DNA of 64,000 nucleotides from Leucoraja erinacea. Taxonomy: Eukaryota. Location of the stretch: assembly GCF_028641065.1 (NCBI RefSeq), contig NC_073392.1:44578001-44642000 (forward strand), read 5' to 3'. Shown here piece after piece: positions 49,101 through 63,021 of this stretch; within the stretch, counting starts at the first letter, position 1; every line of letters begins with the position of its first letter. The translations under genes were made by a program, and so were the position numbers. The notes under the pieces were generated by a model. It saw nothing but the letters and a program-made list of their open reading frames with translations, was not told the DNA's origin and did not search any database.

Positions 49101-52100
49101 CTCCTCTGTACTCTCTCTATTTTGTTGACATCCTTCCTATAATTGGGCGACCAAAATTTTACACCATACTCCAGATTTGGTCTCACCAATGCCTTGTACA
49201 ATTTTAACATTACATCCCAGCTTCTATACTCAATGCTCTGATTTATAAAGGCTAGCATACCAAAAGCTTTCTTTACCACCGTATCTATATGAGATTCCAC
49301 CTTCAAGGAACTATGCACGGTTATTCCCAGATTCCTCTGTTCAAATGTATTCTTCAATTCCCTATCTGAAGAAAGGTCCCTGTTTTCCCAGGCGAACATC
49401 ACCATGCTCAACATACATTGCTGGTTTCCCTGAGTGGTTATATCATTCATATCTAAACTCCAAACCAATCATTTAACTCTGAGCTCTGTCACGGCAAGAG
49501 ATTACAAGAGAATGGAGGAAATGCATAAACATTGTTTTGGAGGTTTTGTGGAGAAAAAATATATAATCTTTGCAGACTGGGAATTGCAGCTGTACAAAAC
49601 TTTGTTTAGGCCAGATCTGGAATATCGCGTATGGTACACACTGCATTACAAATACGTGAAGGCCTTGGAGAGGATTATAGAATATTAGCGATAAGGAGAG
49701 ACTGGACAAACTTGGGTTCTTTTCTATAGAGCGTTGGCGACTGAGATGCGATTTGATAGAAATGTATAAAATGATGAGAATCTCAGATGTACTCGGGTTT
49801 TTTCCCCAGTCTGAAAATAACAAGTGCCGGAGGACATAAAAGGACCCAAAGTGCTGGAATAACTGTCGGGCAGCATCTCTAGAGAGACCATGGATAGCTG
49901 ACATTTTAGGTGGAGACCCTTCTCCAGACTGATTGCAGGGGGGAGGGGGAGAAGAAAGCTGGAAAAGGGGAGGCAGGTCAAAGCGTGGTAAGTGATGTCG
50001 ACATAGACAAGGGGGGGGGGGGGGGTTGGATAGGCAGATGGAAAGATGGAAGAAAGGCCAGATATAAGAACAGAAGGTGTGAATTAGAGGGCATAGCTAT
50101 AAGATGATTGGGGTTTTTTTTTAACATGGAGTATGGTACGTGCCTGGAACTGCTACCAATGGAGGTGATGGAAGCTGATACAATAGCAACATTGTGGCAC
50201 CTCGACAGGTACATAGATAAATTACAGATCACATGGAGGCAGATAGGATTAGTTTATATTTCTGGACCTGAAACTTTACTTATTCCGTTTCTCTAGAGAT
50301 GCTGCCTGACCTGCTGAGTTACTCCAGTTTTTTGTGTCTTATCTTCTTTTCTTTTGGTGAGCTAAATCCTTAGTTCAGAGAAAGCTGAGGGGAAACCTGA
50401 TTGATGTATACAGAATTATGAAAATCTTGGATGAGATGGATAGTGAGAAGCTTTCCCCCTTAGCAGAGGTATCAACAACCAGAAGACCTGGATTTAAAAT
50501 CCAGATTTGGACATTTTAAATGGGATTTGTAGATTTTTTTATATTTTTGTCACGCAATGGTTGATTGCAATCTGTAATGTTCTGCTCAAGGTGGTGGTGG
50601 AAGCATGCATGCCCTTAACATTCAAATACAATGTAAATTAGCACTTAACTCCATTACATGGAAGAATATAGGCTGATAACTGTAACATGAAAGTAATATA
50701 GATTGACATTTGATAGGCTGTTGGGTCTCTACCATTGCTTTGTGATTCTAACTCTGAAGGTTTGCAGTAGTCATTGTTGAAATTAATGTAAATGTGGTAA
50801 AGTCTCAAGTAGCAGTAAGATAAAGATTGGAATCTGTTTCTCAACATGGCATGGGAATAAATACTGATCAGTGTGTAGTTGCTGTTGAAATAATAAAGTT
50901 CAAAAAGTTAATTTTAATTTAGAACTAGACTAAGTGGGACCCATTGGGTCCAGTCACACGGGAGGCATGGTCCCCCAATGCAACCCATTCCCCAATGCCA
51001 CCACTCGCCTGTTTCCCCCAATGCAACGGCGGGTGTGTTCTGTAGCCGGGGGACAGCTTCAGACGGGAAACTTCCTGCGGCCAGGGGAGGCGGTTGGCTT
51101 CAAGGGGGCTGGTGGGTGGGTGTGTGTGTGGGATGGGAGGGGGCGCGCTTGGGGGGAGGGGAGGGGGTGCGTGCTCACCAGGCCCCGGCTCTGCTTCAAC
51201 CGCACTCCTGGCTCCAGGACCTGGCTCTGGACTCACACAGCTGCTCCCGTCCCCAGCGCCTGTCGCGCTCAAAGCTCCCGCCCCGCCCGCGGAACAGAGC
51301 CCACACTGCTTCAGCTTTATTCTCGACGGGCTCACAGACTCTGCCCCGCCTCTGGGGTTTTATTCTTCAGCGGGTGCCAGAAGGGACGTTACCTTCATGG
51401 TGACTGGCGGGCGCGAAGACCAATCTGCTGATTTAAAAAAAAAAAAACTTCATAACTTTTGTAATCTTCCACCTATCGGAACAAAACTTGGTGGCTTGGA
51501 GCAGAGGAGAATGGTGAGGTGGCGAGTAATTCTAGCGATTATAGGGTAGTGTTTTTACGCTCATTTAAATACAATGCAGACTGGAAGTGGTCAAGATGAG
51601 ATATTAATAATTGTATATATGTGACTATTCATCGATTTTTGTCTCTGTTAAACTGCACTGCCAAGGGAGCAAGAACAGAAGAATTATTATAAATGCAACC
51701 ATTGATTGTCATGGCTTACAGGTGCTCCTCAACATACGATGGGGTTATGTTCCGATAAATCCATTGTAAATTGAAAATATAATAAATTGAAAATGCATTT
51801 AATACACCTAACCTTTAGTGGCCGCCCGCATTGTCTGGTGGTGGCCAAGAGAGGTTCCTGTCTTCAGATATTTACTTGAAACAGATTTTTTTTTAATTAA
51901 TTTTTTTAAAAGCACAGGTGTCCAGCGAAAGCGGTTGCCACAAGTTTATATTTAATAGCAGCGACTGTGCCTATCCGTGTTGTACGTAGTCGATGCCAGA
52001 GCTCCACTGTCTGCACAAGTTGTTCTGGATGTATCAATGTTACAAAATTTTGAGATTTAAAAAATCAAGTCTAATTTATCCCATCAGATAAAGCATAAAA

Positions 52101-53268
52101 AGAAGTTTAATTTGACACCTAATTCACTTTCATATCTCAAGTATATAAAGTTATGGCCATTTTCATACTCGGAAATTAGCATCTTGTTCCCTATTGATTG
52201 AACTGAATGAAATTTTCAGTTATCGTAGATTGAACCATTCTGAAACAAATATAAAATAATCTTACTTGGATGACCTGAAATTAAAGCATATAATTAGTTA
52301 GTTACCCAAGTGTAGCTAATTTCAAACTTCAAATACTAGATCTAAACATCTATCCATTTCTTAATAAATGATTAACATTTTTAAATAGCCTAAGTGTCCA
52401 AATAATATTCATAAATAATTCACAATAAAACATGATTTTTAAATCTAATTTACATTAATTTATAGGCCAAATGGAAGGAATTCAGTGTTCAATTGCTGTA
52501 AATTAAAGTCCATTTAAAATCGGCTTTCTAGTGGGTTCCTGTGAACGCACTGGGTTAGAACATTCACATTGCGGTGGATTTGAGCCCTCAAATGCCCAGA
52601 AAAATACTGCGGGATATAATGGGCCCAAAATTAGCTACTCGCAATATTAAACTTTGTATAAAGGGATCTTAAGAAGCCCTTTTTAATGTAAAAACAAACA
52701 GCTTACCTTCTGTTGTGTGCTCTATGCGACCCTGACGGCTGCCGGTGGTCACGGGTTTAGAGTGATTTTTAAACTACTATAACTATTATACAAGGCCTTT
52801 AAAACTAATAATAGCTTTTGCGACGGGGTCTTCCAACGATTTCCGTTAATAATTAACTAGGCTGAACATCTTCGATTGGAACAGCCTAGAGAAAATCGCG
52901 TTTTTAAACCCGCCCCCTCTAAACGGCGCCAAAATAGCGCACACCCGCAGCGACAGATTTTCAGCTACGCTTCAGGTAGGCTTTGCAACATACCTACTGG
53001 ATGCTGAGACTCTTTGCAACATACCTACTGGATGCTGAGACTGGCTCACTTCCATCAACTTCCCCCACAAGCATGTTTCTCATCTAACATTTACCATGCA
53101 AGATCCAGCTCAGGACAACGTAATCGTTTAAATCTGCGTAGATCATTGGTCTTAAAGATCATCGTTTACTTAAAATGAAAATAAGGGAAAGGGACAGTTA
53201 TCAGGGGATTAGCGCGGCTGATTGGCGAGGTTATGAACGGTGGCCATCACCCACTGAAGCTGATCTCG

Positions 53269-53310
<42 letters not shown>

Positions 53311-54168
53311 ATTTACACGCATACAATCCATGGTGAGCAATAATGAACAAGCCCAGCATCACGAGAGTAGCGTACCGTATTTCACTAGCCCGGGAAAAGA
53401 TCAAAATTCAAAGTACGGTTTCTATTGAATGTATATTGCTTTTGCACCATCGTAAAGTTGAAATATCATAAGTCGAAGAGCATCTGTATTCATCGTTGAA
53501 CCTACTATAACTGTTTAACTTGCAGGACTATAAGGGACAACAGTTAGCAGAACAAACATTTCAACGAGTAATTATCGCATCTGCTGTAAGTATATTAATT
53601 TTTTTTAAAGATTATCTTGAATTTTGAGTTGGAATTACAGTATTCATTTTCTTTAATAGATTATTGGCTTCATTTATGGTTACATAATTGAGCAGTTTGG
53701 ATGGACTGTTTACATAGTTCTGGCTGGTTTTGCCATTTCATGCTTGGTAAGTTAAATACATTTTCTCATAGTAATTAGTATGCTTGTTGCAATTTGACTT
53801 TAAAAAATTATCATTTTTGTTTATTAACAAAGTGATTTGGTTGGAAAAAAGCTGCAAAAATCAACTTTTTATGGTCTCTTCGCATTTAGTAAAAAATATT
53901 GTTTTTTTGTGTGTGTGTCTCATTGGTAAGAAGTACTTACAATTATTTATGTTCAGCTTTATATTTTAATGAAATCACGTGTTGATTTGGCTAACTATTC
54001 GGTGCAACAGTTGGTATTTTTGTTAGTTAACTCTAGTCCTTTACTTTTCAGCTAACTCTCCCTCCGTGGCCTATGTATCGTAGTCATCCATTGAATTGGC
54101 AGCCAGCAATAGAGCCAGAGGAGAAAAAGCAAACTGAGTGTGCCAAGAAACCTAAAAAGCATAAATAA
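46153..54168 (+). CDS. SPCS1: Signal peptidase complex subunit 1, 99 aa, 4 exons
   Basis: Exons 46153-46188, 53526-53585, 53660-53746, 54052-54168: [12 protein letters not shown]|[20 protein letters not shown]|[29 protein letters not shown]|[22 protein letters not shown]. Confidence 0.96.
46377..46474 (+). mobile_element. Penelope-derived repeat with hammerhead motif (SPCS1 intron 1)
   Basis: ggt-TTGAAGA-AGGGTCTCGACCC-GAAACGTC-acc. Confidence 0.6.
48622..49362 (-). mobile_element. CR1 LINE 3' fragment; shorter copies of this end at about 31420-31560, 43795-44000, 55875-56170
   Basis: Same subfamily as 33963-35680. Confidence 0.88.
50925..51620 (-). mobile_element. Non-autonomous Helitron
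   Basis: Hairpin GGACCC-AAT-GGGTCC plus CTAG|T; 5' end resembles that of the 22791-25663 element. Confidence 0.7.
51719..53486. mobile_element. Tigger-type non-autonomous transposon with a nested element (about 52030-53000) and (TA)n at 53271-53306
   Basis: TA|CAGGTGCTCCTCAACATACGAT...ATCATAAGTCGAAGAGCATCTG|TA. Confidence 0.7.
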
Positions 54169-54210
54169 TATCTTTATTCTGAGCACATCGTTGTTTTTAC
54201 TTTATGGCTT

Positions 54211-54216
54211 AATAAA
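54211..54216 (+). terminator. SPCS1 polyadenylation signal
   Basis: AATAAA about 40 nt after the stop codon. Confidence 0.65.
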
Positions 54217-54717
54217 GTTTGCTGAATTGGAATGTACTTTGATAAGTTGGTTAATTGGTGATTATTCTAGAGCAGATGTCATCAATGCTATGACAAGAGA
54301 AAAACATTTTATGCATTAAATATTTTATTCCTGAAACACAAGTTTGGGGAGAAAATTGAATTTGAAGTCCACTGTCACACGATAAGAAGACATGGAATGT
54401 ATTCAAAGCAGAGATCAAAATGCATTTGAATTAAGGACATTCAGGAGTATGTGGAAAGTGCTGATCTTGCTCAGTGACGGCACAAGCTCAGTTGGCTTAC
54501 TCCTCTGTGTTGAAGCTGTATGAGAATACAATCAATCTTGTGCATGATGGGCAGCAATCCCAGACATCCTGGGTGGTGGGAAAAATACAATTCCTCTCAT
54601 TTGAGAGGTTAACCTATTATTATTATTGCGGAATTGAATACACTATTTCACTCTTGATCCTAAAAACACATAAATGCATATTGCTGCTGAGGTATGTGTG
54701 TAAAATTTAGGAAACAA

Positions 54718-56553
54718 CTAGACCAAGTGCAGACCTGTTGGGTCTGTTTCCCCAACGCGCGTTTGCAGGGGAGGGAGGAGCTGCGGCATCACACTCACAC
54801 TAACCACCCCTCAAACACACAGGGGCGGAGGGGGGGGAGACGGGGTGGGGAGAGGGGAGGAGGAAATGGGAGAGATTTGGGAGGGAGAGCAGTGCGGGGA
54901 TGGGGAGGTTGGCGAGGGCAGGAAGGGAGGGAGCGGGGTGGGAGAGGGGTAGCGGGGAGTGCGGGAAGAGGTGCAAGAGAGAGGGGAAGGGGGGGGGGAG
55001 GGGAAGAGAGAGGGTGGAGGAGGGAGGTGGAGGGGGTGGGGAGGGAGATGGGTGGGGGGAGATAGAGTTGAAGAATGGGGAGGGAGGGGGAGAGGTGTAG
55101 AGTGTGTGAAGTGGGAGAGAGGTAGAGGGAGTGGTGGAAGGGGTGGCGGGGAGAGGGGAAGAGGGTGGGGGGAGGGGAGAGAGGGGAGGGGGGAGGGAAG
55201 GGAGGGGAGAGGGGTAGGGGTGGGAAGGAGGAGGGAGAGGGGGAGGGAAGGGGGGAGAGGAAGGAGGAGGGACGGGAGGGGGGTAGGGGGAGTGGTGGGA
55301 GAGGGGTAAGGGAGAGGAAGAGTGGGGAAGGGGTAGGGGGGGGGAGAGGGGAGTGGTGGGGGGGGATGGGGGGAGGAGGGTGGGGGGGAGGGAGGGGGAG
55401 AGAGGGGTGCAATAGAGGGAGGAGGGGATGGAAGAGGGAAGGGGGGGGTAGGGGGCAAAAGGGTGGAGGGAGGAGGCGTGGGGAGGGGTAGAGAGGGGGG
55501 AAGAAGGGAGATGGGGAGGGGGGAGGGGAGGGAGGGGGAGGAGAGGGAGGGGGTGGGGTGTGGGGGGGCGGGGGAAGGAGATGGGGTGGGGGGGAAAGAA
55601 GGGAGAAGGAGTGGAAGAATGGGGAGGAGGGAGGGGTAGGGTGGAGGGAGAGGGGAGAGGGAATGGGGAGGGGGGGAGAGGAGGGGTGGGAGAGGGAGGG
55701 GGAGAGGTGGGGGGGAGGGAAGGGGTGGGGGAGGGAGGGGGAGAGGGGGGGGGGGGAGAGAGGGGAAATAGTGGGGAAGGAGAGTGGAAGGGGAGGGGTA
55801 GGGACAGGTCCAGGGGTGGGAGGGGGCGATCACCCCCCAATCCTCTTTCTCTATTCCCACACAAGTGATGACACATATAACCATATAACAATTACAGCAC
55901 GGAAACAGGCCATCTCGGCCCTACAAGTCCGTGCCGAACAAATTTTTTTCCCCTTAGTCCCACCTGCCTGCACTCGACCATAACCCTCCATTCCCTTCTC
56001 ATCCATATGCCTATCCAATTTATTTTTAAATGATACCAATGAACCTGCCTCCCCCACTTCCACTGGGAGCTCATTCCCCACACCGCTACCACTCTCTGGG
56101 AGAAAAAGAAGTTCCCCCTTCATATTACCCCTAAACTTCTGTCCCTTAATTCTGAAGTCATGTCCTCTTCGTGGCTGCGGGGGTGGGGGCTGGGGCTGGT
56201 GCAAAGGCATATTTACATGGATCCATTCCGATTGGACATCTGTGAGCATTGGGCATTGTGACATCACACGACGGAACGTTGCATTGTGACATCACACGGT
56301 TGAACGTTCACCAACATGTTATGGCTGAGAGCTGTTTTATTTTTTAATTTTTGGGGGGGAGGGGAGAAGGATTTTATTTAAAAATGTGTACATAAACACG
56401 ACGAAATTTAATCAGGAGTGGATACTTGGAATGGAAAGTGAAATCTCTATCGAAATGGAAAAAATCTCGGCGATTCTGTGTCTGGTGTCGGCGTAGTAAG
56501 GAATCAAAGGCTGGCAGCCACAAGTCAGGCAGCCACAGAGTTTTAAATATAGA
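54718..56553 (-). mobile_element. Helitron unit 1 (G/A-rich tract, nested CR1 end)
   Basis: CTAG 54718-54721 with CAGACC/GGTCTG hairpin; 5' TCTATATTTAAAA at 56553. Confidence 0.75.
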
Positions 56554-57405
56554 TTAGACCAAGTACAGACCCGTTGGGTCTATTTCCCCACAACGGCGTT
56601 TGCGGGGGGGGGGGGGGGCGGGGGGGGGCTGCGCTATCACACTCGCATTAACCACCCCCAAAACACAACAGGGGGGGGGGAGAAGAGGCGAGGGAGGGGA
56701 GAGGAGGAGGAGGAAACGGGACAGATTGGGAAAGGGAAAGGAGAGAGGGGGGTAGGGGGGGACAGAGAGGGGGATAGGGAGAGAGATGTGGGGGGGGGGG
56801 GGGTGAGGGAGGGGAGGGAGGGAGGGAGAGAGGGGTGGGGGAGAGGGGAAAGAGGGGGACGGAGAGTGGAGGGGAAGGGGGGAGGGGAATGGAAGAGTGG
56901 GTATGGGAGAGGGGTAGGGGGAGTGGAGGGGAAGGGGGAGAAAAAAAGGAGGAGTGGGTAGGGGGATAGGGGGGGCGGGGGAGAGGGAAGGGGGTGGGTA
57001 GTAGAGAGTGAAGAGGGGTGGGGGAGAGAGGGATGGGTGTGGAGAGGGAGAGGGAAACAGAAACATAAGATTATAAGATCCCCCCTCAATCTTCTAAATT
57101 CTAACGAGTACAAACCAAGTCTTTCTTCATATGAAAGTCCTGACATCCCAGGAATCAGTCTGGTTAACCTTCTCTGTACTCCCTCTATGGCAAGAATGTC
57201 TTTGGGCATTGGGCATTGTGACATCACACGATGGAACGTCCACCATGGGCTGGGGCTGGTGCAAAGGCATATGTAAATGGGTTCATTCCGATTGGACATC
57301 TGTGAGCATTGGGCATTGTGACATCACACGATGGAATGAATCAAAAGGCAGAAAGGCAGCCGGACGGATGCCGGACGGCGGCAGCCACAGACTTTTAATA
57401 TATAA
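56554..57405 (-). mobile_element. Helitron unit 2
   Basis: 3' CTAA with AGACCC/GGGTCT hairpin; 5' TTATATATTAAAAGTCTGTGGCTGCC; CR1 piece at about 57063-57205. Confidence 0.72.
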
Positions 57406-57985
57406 CTAGACCAAGTGCAGCGTTGGGTCTGTTTCCCCAACGCGCGTTTGCGGGGGGGGGGGGGGGGGTTACGTCGTCACACTAACCACCTGGGTCTATT
57501 GGGTCTGTTCCTCCAAAGCATGGTTGCGGGGTGGGTATCTGGCACCCACAAACACACGCTCATCACACCCCTTGATATTATCTTAATTTTATTGATTGGC
57601 TTCTTTTATCCCATCTCCACCCTATCCACTGACGAATAGCCCTCACCTCTCAGATGCCTCTAGAGGTGGGGGGGTCAGAGAGAGTGTGCACAGACAGAGT
57701 GGAAGAGAGAGAGAGAGAGAGAGAGGGCAGAGAAAAAGATAAAGATCAAAGAGAGCGAGAGAGCAGAGAGCGGCTGACAGGCGCTGCGTGGAAAAGTGAT
57801 TTATTAAATCAAAATGGAAATAACTTAAAATACAACAATTTAAATGGTAAAGATAAAATTTATTCAGTTATGTTCATTTTCGTTGTGTCTCTTGCTCCAT
57901 GTTTTGTGTTCTTTCTCGTTGATCCTCGAGACATTGTTTCTCTTGTCACGGCTGTTCATTACTTTTGTCTTGAATTCCTTTTTTT

Positions 57986-60746
57986 GGAGAATTTGGTAAT
58001 CATGGGGGACTTCAATTTTCATATTAATTGGGCAAACCAAACTGGGCAGGGTAGACTAGAGGAAGAGTTTATAGAATGTATTAGAGACGGGTTCCTAGAA
58101 CAGTATGTCACAGAACCGACAAGGGGGGAGGCAATCTTGGATCTGGTCCTGTGTAATGAAGCAGGATTAATTAAAAATGTCATAGTTAGGGACTCGTTGG
58201 GAACAAGTGACCACAATATGGTCGAATTCCATATTCAAATAGAAGGGGAGCAGGTTGAAACCCAGGCTAGGGTGCTTAGTCTAAATAAGGGGGATTATGA
58301 AGGTATGAGGACTGAGCTGATCAAAGTTGACTGGGATAGCAGACTCAAGAATAAGACGGTACATGAGCAGTGGTGTACGTTTAAGGGTATACTGTATAAC
58401 CTTCAAGAAAAATTTATTCCTATGAAGAAAAAAAGGGGTAAGGGTAAGAACAGTCAGCCATGGCTCAGTAAAACTATAAAGGATAGTATTCGGCTGAAGG
58501 CAAGGGCATATAAGGTAGCCAGAGATAGTGGGAGGGTAGAGGATTGGGAAGCATTTAAAGGTCAGCAAAAAATAACTAAGAGATTAATTAAGACGGGGAA
58601 AATAGACTATGAAAGGAATTTAGCGAACAACATAAAAACTAATAGTAAGAGTTTTTATAGCTATATAAAAAGAAAAAGGGTGGCTAAGGTGAACGTTGGT
58701 CCATTGGAGGGTGAGACTGGAGAGTTGTGGGTGGGGAACATGGAAATGGCAAAGGCATTAAACGAGTATTTTGTATCAGTCTTCACCATAGAAGACACAA
58801 AAAATATTCCAACGCTGGATAAACAGGGGGCGGTAGGAATGGAGGAGCTAAATACTATTAAGATCACCAAGGAGGTGGTATTAGGGAAATTAATGAGACT
58901 GAAGGAGGATAAATCCCCTGGGCCTGGTGGATTAACATCCAAGGGGCTTGAGGGAGAAAGCGGTGGGGATTGTGGATGCATTGGTGATAATTTTCCAAAA
59001 CTCCCTGGAGGCAGGAACGGTCCCAGTGGATTGGAAAATGGCCCATGTAACACCTATATTCAAAAAAGGAAGTAAACAGAAGGCGGGTAACTATAGACCG
59101 GTTAGTCTAACATCGGTGGTAGGGGTGGGTAAAATGTTAGAGACAATTATTAAAGAAACAATAACGGGGCACTTGGATAAACATGACTTCATCGGACAGA
59201 ACCAGCATGGTTTTGTGAAGGGGAAGTCCTGTTTAACGAATCTGCTCGAATTCTTTGAGGAAGTAACAACCCGGGTGGATAAAGGGGAACCGGTGGATGT
59301 GGTATACTTGGACTTCCAAAAGGCTTTTGACAAGGTGCCACATAAGAGACTATTGCTAAAAAATAAAAAAATTATGGGATTGGGGGTAATATATTAGCAT
59401 GGGTAGAGGATTGGCTAACAAATAGGAAGCAGAGAGAGTGGGGATAAATGGTTCATACTCGGGATGGCAACCGGTAACTAGCGGGGGTTCCGCAAAGGGT
59501 CGGTGCTGGGACGCCAGTTGTTCACAATTTATATAAATGATTTGGAGGAGGGAACCAAGTGTAATATATCAAAATTTGCGGACGATACAAAAATGGGAGG
59601 AAAAGTAGGGGATGAGGAGGATAGGAAGAGTCTGCAAAAGGATATAGATAAGCTAGGTGAGTGGGCAACAACTTGGCAGATGAAATTTAATACTAATAAA
59701 TGTGAAGTCATTCACTTTGGGAAGAAAAATGATAGGGCAAGTTATTTTCTAAATGAGGAGGAGCTGCGTTGTAATGCAACGCAAAGGGATCTAGGGGTAT
59801 TAGTACATGAATCACTGAAAGTTAGTATGCAGGTGCAGCAAGCAATCAGGAAGGCCAATGGAGTTTTGGCCTTTATTGCTAGGGGGATTGAGTATAAAAA
59901 CACGGAGGTCTTGCTGCAGCTGTACACAGTATTAGTGAGACCACATTTGGAATACTGTGTACAGTTCTGGGGTCCATACTTAAGAAAGGATGTACTAGCC
60001 CTGGAGGCAGTGCAGCGAAGGTTTACAAGATTAATTCCTGCAATGAGGGGATTGACATATGAGGAAAGGTTAAGTAGGCTGGAACTCTACTCTTTGGAGT
60101 TTAGAAGAATGAGAGGCGATCTCATTGAAACATATAAGATCGTGAGGGGCCTTGATCGGGGTGGATGCACACCGAGGATGTTCCCAATGATCGGGGAAAC
60201 TAGAACTAGGGGACATAGTTGCAGAATAAGGGGGGGCTCTTTTAAAACTGAGATGAGGAAGAACTTCTTCACCCAGAGGGTGGTTAATTTATGGAATTCA
60301 CTGCCCCAGGGAGCAGTGGAAGCAGAAACTTTAAATATATTTAAGACTAAAATAGATGTTTTTTTAGCTGCTAAGGGGATAAGGGGCTACGGGGAGAGGG
60401 CAGGGATATGGACCTAGGTATGGTTAGTATAGTAAGACCTGAGTGATCTCCTGGACAAGTGTCGATCGCCTGGATTGGGGTCGGAGAGGAATTTCCCGGA
60501 TTTTTTTTCCCGAATTGGACCTGGGTTTTTATCCGGTTTGTTGCCTCCCCCAGGAGATCACGAGGTTCTTGGGGTGGAGAGGGGTGATAGCGGTATAAAG
60601 GGGAGGGTAGTGTCTTGTGTTCTGTGTCTTGTGTCTACTGTTTGTGGGTAAGTGTGTCTGTTTAGTGTTCAGCCATGAGCGAATGGCGGTGCGGGCTCGA
60701 CGGACCTGGTGGTCTACTCTCGCACCTACTTTCTGTGATTCTGTGA
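57986..60746 (+). mobile_element. CR1 LINE ORF2 (part of APE plus RT), frameshifted
   Basis: MGDFN, LDLVL, SDHN, NYRPVSLTS, QHGF, KFADDTK, 3' UTR and tail. Confidence 0.93.
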
Positions 60747-60993
60747 GACATTTCTAACGTTATTTCTTGTTGCGTCTTCGTTCCTTTTATGAAGCCAATA
60801 ACATGAATAAAAAGGACAATTTTATCTTTTGTAGATATTTATAAACTTCTATAAACATTGTACTACCGTGTACCGATCTGGCTGTTTTTTGGCAACTTCC
60901 TCTCGTCTCTTGTGCCGTTCTGCTCATTACTGCTTCTCAATGTTGCTTTGTGTTGTTCCTTGAACATCCAGCAACTCGATTGCTCCCATCTCT

Positions 60994-61655
60994 TTGCAAG
61001 AAGGCTCATCAGCGTCTCTTCTTCCTGAGGAGACTGAAGAAGGTCCATACCGCTGCACCATCGAGAGCATCCTTACCAACTGCATCACAGTATGGTATGG
61101 CAACTGCTCTGTCTCCGACCGGAAGGCATTGCAGAGGGTGGTGAAAATTGCCCAACGCATCACCGGTTCCACGCTCCCCTCCATTGAGTCTGTCCAAAGC
61201 AAGCGCTGTCTGCAGAGGGCGCTCAGCATCGCCAAGGACTGCTCTCACCCCAACCATGGACTGTTTACCCTCCTACCATCCGGGAGGCGCTACAGTGTCC
61301 CAAACTCGGGAACCAGGCTCCGTGTGCCGACCAGCTCGGTGCCTCAGGAATTTACAAACAAGATCTTTCAAAGGGAGATATGTATTCGGGCGGCGGCTGT
61401 CACCACCTATACTAAAACAACCCACCTCGGTGACCCCCCCATATTCACCACCCCCCCCCCCCCCCCACAACCCCCCCCCCCCCCCCCCCCCCACCCCCCC
61501 CCCCCCCCCCCCCCCCCCCGGACACTTATTATTTTTTTTTTATTCAAATCGTTTGCTATGTCGCTCTTCAAGGGAGATGCTAAAATGCATTTCGTTGTCT
61601 CTGTACTGTACACTGACAATGACAATTAAAATTGAATCTGAATCTGAATCTGAAT
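60994..61655 (+). mobile_element. Rex1-like LINE 3' fragment
   Basis: YRCTIESILTNCITVWYGN..LLPSGRRY; (ctgaat)n tail. Confidence 0.8.
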
Positions 61656-63021
61656 GATGTGAAAAAAAAGAGAAAGATATTTATCACGATGTAGATATTC
61701 ATAAACTTGTAAAGGTAATTTCATCTATTGTAGACAATTATAAACTTCTAAAGACAATTATTTATATAAATGCATTTACCTATAATTTAAAAAAAACATT
61801 ACACAATTATGTACCATTTTGTCTGTATTTTGGAAGCTTATTGTTGTGTTTCGTTCCATGCAAACTTGCATTAATTTTTGAAGATCCTCAAGAGGTTCAG
61901 TCCTTTCTTGTTCTGTCTCTTGTTCACTTCTGCTCCATACTGTTTCTCAACATCTCTTTACAGTGTCCATTGACCATCCTACAACTTGTTTGCTCCTGCT
62001 TCTGGGCATGAATTTAAAAAAAGGAGATATTTATTACAATGTAGATATTTATAAAATTCCATCTGTCAATCCATCAACATACAAATAAAAAAGAGATTTT
62101 GTATCGTATACCAATTTCGGTGTTTTCTATCAATTTCTTGTTGTGTTGCTTGTTCCCTACTGTCCTTCATTTATTTCTCGCAGATCCCAAAGACGTTCAG
62201 TCTAAATATCTCGGATCCAGAAATGAGGCGACAATGACAGCTTGAGACAAAAAGGCAGCATTTGAATGGTATTAGGGCATTCTGATAAAACTAAAGTAAA
62301 TTTGTATCAAGGATAAAAAAAAACAATGCACGGGTCCCAAATAATTTCAAATACTGACCTTTCATCCATCTTAAGATCTGAAGTTGATTTTCACTGATGG
62401 TTACAGAATTTTCAATTCCATGCAACTCCTGAGAAAATGCAGTCAATCCTTACAAACAAAATAACTCAACAATAGACCAAAGTGGAAAGTAACACTCATG
62501 TCAAACAACAGAAAAGGTAACAATAATTTCTTACAAGGCAGAAATTAACCACATAACCTTGATACGCAATGCCATTACCAACACCAAATTCTCAAACATC
62601 AATATCTCGGCAACCATCATTTACTCAATAATTGACTCAACAATTGAACTGTACCTGATACATATACCCTAGATGTGCAAGCCTGTGGTTTTATATCTTG
62701 CAGCAAATAATCCATCTGCAAGCTTTATCATGAAGCATGAGAACAGCTCCAGCAACTTTCTATCCAAAAATCAAATGCAACTGGCAAGATTTTACATGTC
62801 ACTTAATGTGTCCTTGAAGCTTTTTCTGAGGCAGCATTTTAAACTTTTGTGTGCAGAAATGTGATTCCTGTGTTAAACATCCCTTGTTGAACTGAGGAGC
62901 AATAATCAAAAGTGTCGAAACTCTGGACATTCGGTTCCTTCCTGCATCGCTTGTTGCCATCAGTTTTGCGTTCTTTCATTGACTTGAGGAAAATTTGAGC
63001 ACTTAATGCAGCAGTCATTTC

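Noticed and set aside
57654-59075. 473-aa ORF as a novel gene
   Set aside because: Chance read-in from flanking and (GA)n sequence into a frameshifted CR1 ORF2.
62400-63020. Possible second ORF next to the helicase fragment
   Set aside because: Multiple stops in the frames read and no recognisable motif.
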